62,586 nt of DNA from Oscillospiraceae bacterium. GTDB lineage: Bacteria > Bacillota > Clostridia > Oscillospirales > UBA929. The first letter of the stretch is position 1; each line of letters opens with the position of its first letter. Shown in pieces: positions 18,598 through 26,496 of the stretch. The notes under the pieces were generated by a model that searched no databases, was not told where the DNA came from, and saw only the letters and a list, made by a program, of their open reading frames with translations. Location of the stretch: the NCBI GenBank assembly GCA_031554075.1, contig JAVBKJ010000011.1, positions 1 to 62,586 on the forward strand, given 5' to 3'. Position numbers and translations under genes: made by a program.

Positions 18598-19920
18598 TTA
18601 ATCATGCAAAATTGGAATGCGCGGAATCGAAAATAAAAGACGAAATACATTTTCATCAAACTCAAAGCTCAGTTCGCCCCCTAGCGAACGAGCGGTTGCC
18701 TGCATACTGATCAGTCCTAAACCGTGAGAATCCTTATCATTTTTCAGAGTGTGTAAGAAAGTGCCATCATATTGAGGTCTTTCTCCGATTGTGTTCTCTA
18801 TTACCGTCAACATATTGGTTTTATACATGGACACACGCATATGTATAAACCGTTCTTTGTCACTTCGCATACACGCCTCAATCGCGTTATCTAGCGCGTT
18901 GCCAAATAAAGCACAAATGTCAACTGTGAGATCAGACATTTGGGGAGGCACTTGAATGTCCCAATGGCACTGGATATGATTCTTTTTGGCGAGATTTCGT
19001 TTTGCGGATAACAGCGCGTCGAGCATCGGGTTATCGGTTAAAACCACAGGCGTGACATCGTGTTGCCAATCGGTAAGCTTCGCCAAACTATCAGACAGTT
19101 CGTCAAATTGTCCCATTTCGCAAAGCGACCGAAACATATGCACGTGTTGCTTAAAATCATGCGACATTTGCCGTATTTGCGCCCGATTTTCTGTCAGCTG
19201 CAAAATATAATCACGCTGTGCGGCAACCTGTGCATCTAATAAGGCTAATCGTTTGTCTTTTTCACTGCGGCGAATAAGCTCCTCCATGATAGAGAAAACC
19301 GCCATATTGATTAAGACTAGCCCGAAAATGCAAAACAATGTTGTGATAGTTTGGGGGCTATAGTCTGACAACGCGTCTATTGTAAATTGCAGTGCTAAGA
19401 AAATTGAAAAAATAGGTAGCATCCATAGCGGAATCCAAAGTCTGGAACGCATGACCTCCATGCTCCCGACACGCAATCTCATTATGATTTTGATTAATAG
19501 AAATTTGAGCAAATCCATGATAATCAGCGCAGCAAACCTATATTTTGTAAAATCTGCCACCTGCTGAAATGTAACTGTTTGCGAAATGGATATGATAACG
19601 GCCGCCAGAAGCTCCGCGCCAATCGCACATAGAAGATATATAAAAGCGGACAGCACAGCCCATAGGACAGTACACTGCCGTGTCGTAAGACAGACTATAA
19701 ACGTAAAGAGGATGGTGCTTGATAAAATAATCAATATGCTGTCTTTTAGAAAGTAGCTGATGAGAAATTTTGCGATACAGACACAGAGAAAGAGTGTCAA
19801 CACGAGTGGCTTGCGCAGTGTACGACGTTCCTTAAAAAAGGCACTAGCAAACATGAAAATTAAGATAGTTTCTATCAAGGCGCTCAGTGCTTCGATGATA
19901 GCCCAAAGCGAAATGTTCAT
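18598..19920 (-). CDS. agrC: AgrC-like (HPK10) membrane sensor histidine kinase
   Basis: About 6 N-terminal TM helices, H-box SHDFKQHVHMF, N-box FGNALDNAIEA, G-box DSHGLGLISM. Confidence 0.8.
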   Translation of the reverse strand: MNISLWAIIEALSALIETILIFMFASAFFKERRTLRKPLVLTLFLCVCIAKFLISYFLKDSILIILSSTILFTFIVCLTTRQCTVLWAVLSAFIYLLCAIGAELLAAVIISISQTVTFQQVADFTKYRFAALIIMDLLKFLLIKIIMRLRVGSMEVMRSRLWIPLWMLPIFSIFLALQFTIDALSDYSPQTITTLFCIFGLVLINMAVFSIMEELIRRSEKDKRLALLDAQVAAQRDYILQLTENRAQIRQMSHDFKQHVHMFRSLCEMGQFDELSDSLAKLTDWQHDVTPVVLTDNPMLDALLSAKRNLAKKNHIQCHWDIQVPPQMSDLTVDICALFGNALDNAIEACMRSDKERFIHMRVSMYKTNMLTVIENTIGERPQYDGTFLHTLKNDKDSHGLGLISMQATARSLGGELSFEFDENVFRLLFSIPRIPILHD

Positions 19921-20633
19921 GATAGCCCCTCCCGTCTAAAGCCCATATAGGCAGCTTTGACAAGCTTTTGATACTTTCGACTAATGGGGATTTTTGTGCC
20001 ATCTAGCAGGGACACATGGTCGTCGAACTGGATAAACACATGCGCCAAATTAACAATATATGAATTATGAGTTCGCACAAACCCGTGATGTACCAACAGC
20101 GGTTCTTCGATATCCAACTTGCCCATAAACTCGTATTTTCTGTCAATTGTGTTGACATGTATGTAGTGCTTGACACTTTCGATAAATTGTATGTCTGCCA
20201 TTGGTAAGGCGAGTTGACCGCCGCCCTTTAACTTTATGACGTATGTTTGGGTCTTTCTGCGGGTGAGCATGGTGACAATTCTGTCCATCGTGGGTTCAAA
20301 CCGTTCCCTAGTGACTGGCTTTACTAAGTAGTCAGACGCCATCACTGTAAAAGCCTGCAGCATCGCTTCTTCCATAAACGTGACGAAGATTATATGTACG
20401 CGCATGTCTAGCATTCGAATCTTTTCAGCTAAGGCAAACCCATTCATGTCGGGCATCGACACATCTAAAAACAGTATGTCAAAGTGGCGACTTGGATAGT
20501 CTAGCAATAGTTTGGCGGCGGTGTCATATTCATTTACATCGAAGTTGAGCATATGTTGTTTTTCGTACTGGGCAATGAGTTTTCTCTGACGTTCGATATG
20601 AATTTTCTCATCGTCACAAATCGCTATTCGCAT
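19917..20633 (-). CDS. agrA: AgrA-like response regulator (REC plus LytTR DNA-binding domain)
   Basis: MRIAICDDE...DILFLDVSMPDMNG receiver domain. C-terminal LytTR pattern ...FVRTHNSYIVNLAHV...IPISRKY. 4-nt ATGA overlap with the kinase gene. GGGAGG RBS. Confidence 0.85.
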   Translation of the reverse strand: MRIAICDDEKIHIERQRKLIAQYEKQHMLNFDVNEYDTAAKLLLDYPSRHFDILFLDVSMPDMNGFALAEKIRMLDMRVHIIFVTFMEEAMLQAFTVMASDYLVKPVTRERFEPTMDRIVTMLTRRKTQTYVIKLKGGGQLALPMADIQFIESVKHYIHVNTIDRKYEFMGKLDIEEPLLVHHGFVRTHNSYIVNLAHVFIQFDDHVSLLDGTKIPISRKYQKLVKAAYMGFRREGLS

Positions 20634-20647
20634 GAATTGCCTCCCAT

Positions 20648-20764
20648 CTGGATACTCTGTCAGATTATATCATAATGGAAAATATAATCAATAGCAAGTG
20701 TAACAGACAAAATAGGCATAGAAGTAAGGCGCATGGATGTAAAACGGGCGGTATGGTGAAGGGG
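20648..20764. repeat. 117-bp direct repeat, copy 1 (promoter module upstream of agrA)
   Basis: Aligns without gaps to 23592-23708. About 6 mismatches in the first 80 nt, a ~10-nt divergent patch, then a conserved distal block (cgggcggtatggt[g/a]aagggg). Confidence 0.9.
20664..20691 (-). promoter_or_regulatory. Sigma-A-type promoter for the agr operon (TTGATT-16 nt-TATAAT with TGn extended -10)
   Basis: Minus strand reads ATTGATTatattttccattaTGATATAATctgaca. The predicted start is about 25 nt before the agrA ATG. Confidence 0.6.
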
Positions 20765-20820
20765 GGAATTGATTGTGGAATTTAAGTCGGGGGTGATGGT
20801 GGCTGTGGAGGAATAATGGT

Positions 20821-20860
20821 AAGAATGAAAAAGGCACTCTACCGATTGACGTAGAGTGCC
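20821..20860 (-). terminator. Rho-independent terminator of the 793-aa gene (T tracts on both sides)
   Basis: GGCACTCTAC-8 nt-GTAGAGTGCC, followed by TTTTTCATTCTT on the minus strand and by ACTTTTGTTT on the plus strand. Confidence 0.8.
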
Positions 20861-20888
20861 ACTTTTGTTTGCAAGCATATATGTAACT

Positions 20889-23270
20889 CTATGATTGAGC
20901 TAATCCCTCTTCGAAAGAACTCTTAAATTTTCTCAAATTCTTTCTTGCGATTTTCATAGCCTCAACGGATTCTTCAGCTTTCTTTATCTTTCCTTGGAGT
21001 TCCTTCTTCTCTTTGCCATTTGCTACATCTGCATGAAGTTTTAATTCGACAATACCTTTTTCGATCTCCATAATATTTTGCACATATTGCTCGTAGATGC
21101 TGTTTGAATACTCAATATCGTGTTCGTCATTAAGGAAGATTTCTCTGACTGAAACAAGGAGTTTTGCGGACTGTAAAATGGTATTTTGCTTTCCGAGTAG
21201 ACCAGCAGCACCAACAGCACCGCCGACACCTAAACCGGCTCCAATACCGAGTACAGCTCCGCCACCGACAATTGCTATCGTGCCACCAGCCATTCCTGCA
21301 CCGCCTATAGCAATTGCGCCACCGCCGAGATAAGCAAGACAAGCACTTGTTAGTGCCGCACCACTGAGTCCAGCAAAATTCGAGCCAACTAATGCAACGG
21401 CAATTGCAGGAGCAAACGCACCCGCTGTTGCAATTGTGATGATTGCTATTCCGGCGGTTATTGCTCCCCCTATTAAAATCCCCTTGAGAACTTCTTTCAT
21501 TTCTAAAACGACTTTGCCGTAACATTTGCGAAGCCTTTTAATATAACCTTTTTTATAATAATCACCAGAGAAAAACAAATCGATAAAATCGTCACCGTTG
21601 CTTTTCCTATAACTGTTAATAGGGTTTTGTAGGTCTTTGTATTTCTTACTCGGCACGCCAGTGCCCATTTTATCTTTTTCTATACTTAGCGGATAAAATG
21701 GCTCAAAAAGCATTGCTTCAAGTAGAACCAAGCGAAACCAAGTATTATGTGGCTCGTTTTCCTCAATTTTCTGAATTAATTCTTGCTCTGTGTACCAGTG
21801 TAGTTCAGCACCTTCAATTTGCAAGAAACTTGAAAAGCCCTTCGAGATGTACTCTTTCCACTCATTGAGCCAGTCTTGCTTTAGGCGTTTTATACCTTCA
21901 TTGTTGATAGGCGATATTGTTGCTTGAATGTCATTTAGGGTTTTGTAGAATTCGAGGTTGTACAAAATCTCTGTCTGGGCTACCGTTAAACCAAGTTTAT
22001 CAATATTCATATCGGCACTTATCCTATCATAAATTTTGTCGTCAGTTTTCGTATATGCAAACCTATGAATGTTCTCGTACATCGTCTTTATTCTTTTGAC
22101 GCTTCTGGTTTTCAAACACCAAGATATGTCTTCTCCTAATGCAACGGTGAAACGGCCAACACCAACGTAATTGATAGACACCCAGTATTTTTGAGTGACA
22201 ATTGCCTCGCCGACATCAATGGTGGTAAAGACTCCAGTAGCGATCGTTAGCATTCGGGAAATTGTGGGATTATTTAGCGGCTTAACTATGTCCCAATCAA
22301 TCTGTTTCATTTCAGCAAATGACCGAATGTCTTGTTCCCGAATCTCGATTGCAAGATGTCGGATGAAATAGAAACATCTAACGATGCACTCATTTGCGAT
22401 AACAGGAATCGCCTGTCGCCCAAGTTCGAAGACAACGCCGAGTTCACCGCGGAAATCAAACTTCATCACGGTATCTTTGATAATCGTGCCAGATTCATCG
22501 CGCCTCGCAAGCAACGTGCCGTTAAAGAGTTTTGACAAAAACACTGATAAAGAATTATCGCCGATATTTATGTTTTTGAAAATCGGAAGCACAGATAGTT
22601 CTTTTGCCAACGCAAGCAGGGGACCGGGGATGCCAGTACCGCCACTCTTGCCTACGGAACTTCTCGAACCGGCTACATCACTCACGAGATGAAAGAACCA
22701 CGTAATAGTTCCGAATAGTATTTTTGATGGCACATCCTTACCAATGAAGGCTTTACTTACTTCCTGCACGTCGGCAATCATAAAAACACCGTTGACATCT
22801 GTTCCGTATGACTTGTAGGTGAACTGTGTAAGGAGTGAAAATATAAGCCCTACAATTGTGGGGTGGTGAGCAAAATCACGAAGATGGTGCTGTAAGCCGC
22901 CACCAAAGTCAGGGGTATTGCCATCGCTTGGAATCGGAAATTTCTTTTCAAGGAATTTTACCGCACCCTTCAAATCGTCGCCACTGTAACCGAGAAGCTT
23001 TGCTGTTTTGGTTACAAAGCTGTCTATTTCATTGCTCGTGATGCTGCGACCACGTTCCAAGCTAAAGCTACCTACCCATAGAATGTCGAGCAATCCGCAC
23101 ATAACCCCGCTACCAATTGAAACCAAGTAGTCGTATTTGTCCGCTTGGCTTGACAGCAAATCAATCTGACTGTCTAAGTCGAAGATTATCCTATCAAGGT
23201 TATACTCAGAATCAAACTTGCTCTCGTTGTACTGTTGAAGTTCGACTTGGAGATTATCTGTTTCTAACAT
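20889..23270 (-). CDS. Uncharacterised 793-aa protein: unassigned ~600-aa N-terminal region, ~100-aa glycine-zipper (GxxxG/AxxxG) membrane tract, charged coiled-coil-like tail
   Basis: Long ORF with a GGGAGG RBS. The tract is GILIGGAITAGIAIITIATAGAFAPAIAVALVGSNFAGLSGAALTSACLAYLGGGAIAIGGAGMAGGTIAIVGGGAVLGIGAGLGVGGAVGAAGLLG. The tail is ...KEKKELQGKIKKAEESVEAMKIARKNLRKFKSSFEEG. I see no canonical Walker A or other catalytic motif. Confidence 0.8.
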   Translation of the reverse strand: MLETDNLQVELQQYNESKFDSEYNLDRIIFDLDSQIDLLSSQADKYDYLVSIGSGVMCGLLDILWVGSFSLERGRSITSNEIDSFVTKTAKLLGYSGDDLKGAVKFLEKKFPIPSDGNTPDFGGGLQHHLRDFAHHPTIVGLIFSLLTQFTYKSYGTDVNGVFMIADVQEVSKAFIGKDVPSKILFGTITWFFHLVSDVAGSRSSVGKSGGTGIPGPLLALAKELSVLPIFKNINIGDNSLSVFLSKLFNGTLLARRDESGTIIKDTVMKFDFRGELGVVFELGRQAIPVIANECIVRCFYFIRHLAIEIREQDIRSFAEMKQIDWDIVKPLNNPTISRMLTIATGVFTTIDVGEAIVTQKYWVSINYVGVGRFTVALGEDISWCLKTRSVKRIKTMYENIHRFAYTKTDDKIYDRISADMNIDKLGLTVAQTEILYNLEFYKTLNDIQATISPINNEGIKRLKQDWLNEWKEYISKGFSSFLQIEGAELHWYTEQELIQKIEENEPHNTWFRLVLLEAMLFEPFYPLSIEKDKMGTGVPSKKYKDLQNPINSYRKSNGDDFIDLFFSGDYYKKGYIKRLRKCYGKVVLEMKEVLKGILIGGAITAGIAIITIATAGAFAPAIAVALVGSNFAGLSGAALTSACLAYLGGGAIAIGGAGMAGGTIAIVGGGAVLGIGAGLGVGGAVGAAGLLGKQNTILQSAKLLVSVREIFLNDEHDIEYSNSIYEQYVQNIMEIEKGIVELKLHADVANGKEKKELQGKIKKAEESVEAMKIARKNLRKFKSSFEEGLAQS

Positions 23271-23591
23271 ATTAAAGTATCCTCCCAGTATTTAAAATTT
23301 AAGCGATGCAACGCCCCCCTTGAGGTTAAACTAATATCTGCAAAGCAAACAGAGAACTTCAGTGCTATCACACATGAGATTACACGCAAAAACATCTAAA
23401 GCGACCACACAACCTCATAAAATCCGAAAAACATCTACTCCGCTCTCTCGTGAACACCCAATATCTAAACTGACCTCTCGTCAACCACCCACATCCAATC
23501 AGTGCTGTCACACTCCCAACTGCCGCACTCGACTTATTCCCAACACCCATATTTCCACGATTTTTCACATTGACTTCTCACATAGAAACAC

Positions 23592-23708
23592 CTGGATACT
23601 CTGTCAAATTATATCATAATGGAAAATATAATCAATTGCAAGTGCAATAGACAAAATAAGTATAGAAGTAAGATTTATAACTGTATAACGGGCGGTATGG
23701 TAAAGGGG
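23592..23708. repeat. 117-bp direct repeat, copy 2 (promoter module upstream of the 793-aa gene)
   Basis: See copy 1. The two copies are 2,944 bp apart. Confidence 0.9.
23608..23635 (-). promoter_or_regulatory. Sigma-A-type promoter, paralogue of the agr promoter, driving a ~330-nt leader and the 793-aa gene
   Basis: It carries the same TTGATT-16 nt-TGATATAAT arrangement inside repeat copy 2. Confidence 0.55.
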
Positions 23709-23711
23709 TAG

Positions 23712-23747
23712 ATAAAAAATAAGACACCTTACGAAACGTAGGGTGTC
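23712..23747 (-). terminator. Rho-independent terminator of the flavoprotein gene
   Basis: GACACCTTACG-AAA-CGTAGGGTGTC, followed on the minus strand by TTATTTTTTAT. Confidence 0.8.
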
Positions 23748-23778
23748 CTAATGAGCGTAGTCGTCTATAAAGACATAT

Positions 23779-24342
23779 TCAAATAGAGTAGCCCATATGT
23801 TCCGCTTGTATCAGCGCATCTGTCTTCTGAATAGCCCCTTTTTCATATATTTGTGGGATTGCTAACACGCCGACATCTTCCCAGTGCATATACGCCGCCA
23901 TATGTCTGTATGAAGAAATGACACCTGAAAAAATATCCATGCTCTCACATGCGCCACAAATCAACAGTATACTCTCTTTAATCTTCAATGGACGCATACA
24001 GTTTTCAGAATCATACGCATTCAGTTTATCAATCGGTGCTTTGATTTGCGATGATAACCCAAACAAATATAAGGGAGATGCAAAGATAACTACATCTGCA
24101 CGTTCAAGTAGCGGCTCTAGTTCAGTAAAGCCATCTTGAAATGAACAAGCCGTTCCTTTGCTCCAACAGGTACCACAGGCTTTGCAACCGCCAATCGTTT
24201 TTCTGCCCGCCGAAAATTTTGTAACATTGTGACCTTTCGCTTGTGCGCCCTTTATAAACGCATCAGCCATCAGTTCACTATTACCATCTCTTCTGGGACT
24301 TCCTGTAATAACTAAAATATCTTTTTCCACTTTATTTCTCAA
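23779..24342 (-). CDS. Flavodoxin-like NAD(P)H-dependent FMN reductase / iron-sulfur flavoprotein family
   Basis: ILVITGSPRRDGNSELMADAF... and the Cys cluster GGCKACGTCW. Confidence 0.7.
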   Translation of the reverse strand: MRNKVEKDILVITGSPRRDGNSELMADAFIKGAQAKGHNVTKFSAGRKTIGGCKACGTCWSKGTACSFQDGFTELEPLLERADVVIFASPLYLFGLSSQIKAPIDKLNAYDSENCMRPLKIKESILLICGACESMDIFSGVISSYRHMAAYMHWEDVGVLAIPQIYEKGAIQKTDALIQAEHMGYSI

Positions 24343-25678
24343 CTCGTGACATCAATACCACCGTCTCAACGTGCGTCGTGCGGGGGAAAAGGTCAACGGC
24401 GGCGCAATGGGTGACTGTGTAGCCGCTGGCGGCCAACGTTTTGCAGTCGCGCGATAGCGTGCCGGGGTCACAGGACACATACACAATGCGTTGAGGCTGT
24501 AGGGTGAGTAACGCCTCAATATGAGCGGCGTCTAGCCCACTGCGTGGCGGGTCAACGGTGACAACCGCGGGCGATAGGTCGCTTAATTGCGCACCCAAGT
24601 CGCCTGCGTCACCTGCTTGAAAGCTGGCGTTGAAGATGCCGTTGCGCGCCGCATTTTCTCTGGCACAGGCCACCGCCTGCGGCACAAGTTCGACGCCGAA
24701 CGCCGCCTTGCAGTCACGCGCCAGCCACAGTGTAATCGTACCAACACCGCAAAATAAGTCAACAAATGTGTCATCCTTTGTGAGGGCGGCGTAACCGCGA
24801 ACAATGTCGTACAGGCGCACGGCTTGGGCGGAATTTACCTGCGCAAACGAAAAGGGGTGTAGTTCAAACTGCAAGTCGCCCAACGTCTCGATAACGGTGT
24901 CTTCGCCCCACAGCACCTTCACTTGACCCTGACCCATGACGACGTTATCACGTCGTTGGTTCGTTATCGTTAGCAAGCCTGCCAGATCGGGTACGCGCTC
25001 GCGCAACGCGTCTGCCAATGTATCCCCCCATGGGAAATGTTTTCCATTTATAATAAGTGCCACTTGCACACCCTTTGTGGCGCGTACAAACAGATGGCGC
25101 ACAAGCCCTTCCCCCGTTTTGGGGTCATAGGCGGTAATCTCATTTTTGTCCATAAATTCGCACAGTACTGCCGCGACGCGGTTTGCACGCTCGTCTGCTA
25201 TCAGGCAGTTGCCGTATGCAATGATATCATGCGAATGGGCGCGAAAAAATCCAACAAATGTCTTGCCGTCTTGTTGTGCGACAGGGAACAGTGATTTATT
25301 GCGATAGCCCGACAGGGCAGGCGCGCCATGCATCGTATCAACGGTGACGGGCATACCGCCAATACGCGCAAAGGCTTGCTCGATGCGCCGTTGCTTAAAC
25401 CACAGTTCTTCCTCATACGTAATATGTTGAAAATGACAGCCGCCGCAAGGGGGGCAAACAGGGCAAGCGGACGCGATGCGGTGCGGTGATGGTATCTCTA
25501 TGTTCTCTACCTTACCCCACGCAACTTTGGTGGCGACCTTGAGAATCCTAATTTCGCAGGTTTCCTCGCGAACCCCGCCATGGACAAAGACGGCCTGCCC
25601 CTCAATGTGGCAGACCCCTAAGCCCTCACTGGAATAATCAGTGATGACAACTGTATGTAGCTGATTTTTTTCTAACAT
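24332..25678 (-). CDS. RumA/RlmD-family 23S rRNA (uracil-C5)-methyltransferase (TRAM domain, Fe-S Cys cluster, SAM-MTase)
   Basis: N-terminal TRAM-like domain, Cys cluster CPVCPPCGGCHFQH, SAM motif DLFCGVGT, C-terminal VYVSCDP. Confidence 0.8.
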   Translation of the reverse strand: MLEKNQLHTVVITDYSSEGLGVCHIEGQAVFVHGGVREETCEIRILKVATKVAWGKVENIEIPSPHRIASACPVCPPCGGCHFQHITYEEELWFKQRRIEQAFARIGGMPVTVDTMHGAPALSGYRNKSLFPVAQQDGKTFVGFFRAHSHDIIAYGNCLIADERANRVAAVLCEFMDKNEITAYDPKTGEGLVRHLFVRATKGVQVALIINGKHFPWGDTLADALRERVPDLAGLLTITNQRRDNVVMGQGQVKVLWGEDTVIETLGDLQFELHPFSFAQVNSAQAVRLYDIVRGYAALTKDDTFVDLFCGVGTITLWLARDCKAAFGVELVPQAVACARENAARNGIFNASFQAGDAGDLGAQLSDLSPAVVTVDPPRSGLDAAHIEALLTLQPQRIVYVSCDPGTLSRDCKTLAASGYTVTHCAAVDLFPRTTHVETVVLMSRVEK

Positions 25679-25686
25679 TTCGTCTC

Positions 25687-26481
25687 CTAAAACGGAAGCT
25701 GATACGGCACGCGCTTGGCGTAACCTGTTACTTCCGTAAATCCTATTTCTTTTAGTAACTGCGCCGCCTTTGTGTATTCGCGCGCAAATTGCGACTTCGC
25801 ATGTGCGTCTGACCCAACGGTGATGCGGCGACCACCCATGGCATAGTACTGCGCTAAAAACGCGTATTGAATTTCACCCATGCCCACTTGCAGGCTACAG
25901 GTGTTCAGCTCGATTGACTTGCCTGTTTCTATCAACGTGCGCATAATTGTCTGCATTTTCGCCTGATATGGCTGAAACGACATGTCGTGACCACCACGCC
26001 CGTTGATGTAGCGAAGGGGATACTCCAAATGTCCCAAACTATCGAATAATCCCTGTTCGATATGAATGATGGCAAGCGACAAGTACTCATCAATGAGTGC
26101 TTTGACAGCGGTTAGGTTGTCAAATTCCATAAAGTAGATATTGCGGTCGACACCCAAATTATGAACAGAACCAATGATAAAATCAAGCAGCGGCGACTCG
26201 GTAATCGGACGGTACAAATGCTCGCGCGTCAGACAAAAGCCGATTTCTGTGCCGCAACGTAACTTGAGTTGCGCTGGCGCCATAGCGCAGACCGCCCGAA
26301 AGTCTGCCTCTAGCTTTTCTAAATACTGTGGGTCGGGCAAAGTGGTCTGATCGGGGTCAAAATGGTCGGTAAATGCAATTTCTTGCAACCCAAGCCGTGT
26401 GGCGGCATGGACGTAGTCCGCCATGGGTACTTCACTATCGTGGGATAGGCGCGTGTGCATATGGTAGTCGATTGGTAACAT
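25687..26481 (-). CDS. PHP-family histidinol-phosphatase-like hydrolase
   Basis: IDYHMHTRLSHDS N-terminal metal-binding motif and ...GSDAH near the C-terminus. Confidence 0.7.
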   Translation of the reverse strand: MLPIDYHMHTRLSHDSEVPMADYVHAATRLGLQEIAFTDHFDPDQTTLPDPQYLEKLEADFRAVCAMAPAQLKLRCGTEIGFCLTREHLYRPITESPLLDFIIGSVHNLGVDRNIYFMEFDNLTAVKALIDEYLSLAIIHIEQGLFDSLGHLEYPLRYINGRGGHDMSFQPYQAKMQTIMRTLIETGKSIELNTCSLQVGMGEIQYAFLAQYYAMGGRRITVGSDAHAKSQFAREYTKAAQLLKEIGFTEVTGYAKRVPYQLPF

Positions 26482-26496
26482 GACGTATCTAACCTC

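Noticed and set aside
20648-20764. Canonical LytTR/AgrA boxes (two 9-bp [TA][AC][CA]GTTN[AG][TG] repeats spaced 12-13 bp) in the duplicated promoter module.
   Set aside because: Only partial matches were found (for example ACAGTTATA and CCCGTTATA in copy 2, CTGTTACAC in copy 1), with non-canonical spacing. I therefore do not call binding sites.
20660-20878. ORF 20660..20878 (-), 72 aa.
   Set aside because: It spans the terminator hairpin and the promoter repeat, and has no RBS.
21097-21525. ORFs 21097..21333 (+) and 21130..21525 (-) with Pro/Ala- or Cys/Arg-rich products.
   Set aside because: These are alternative-frame or antisense readings of the Gly/Ala-codon-rich glycine-zipper segment of the 793-aa gene.
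23362-23619. ORFs in the orphan-gene leader: 23362..23619 (+) 85 aa and 23380..23568 (-) 62 aa.
   Set aside because: The plus ORF is antisense to the predicted transcript and is a by-product of the C-rich skew. The minus ORF uses GTG with only a weak GAGAAG upstream and has an odd Cys/Arg-rich product. The minus ORF remains an open possibility but is not supported.
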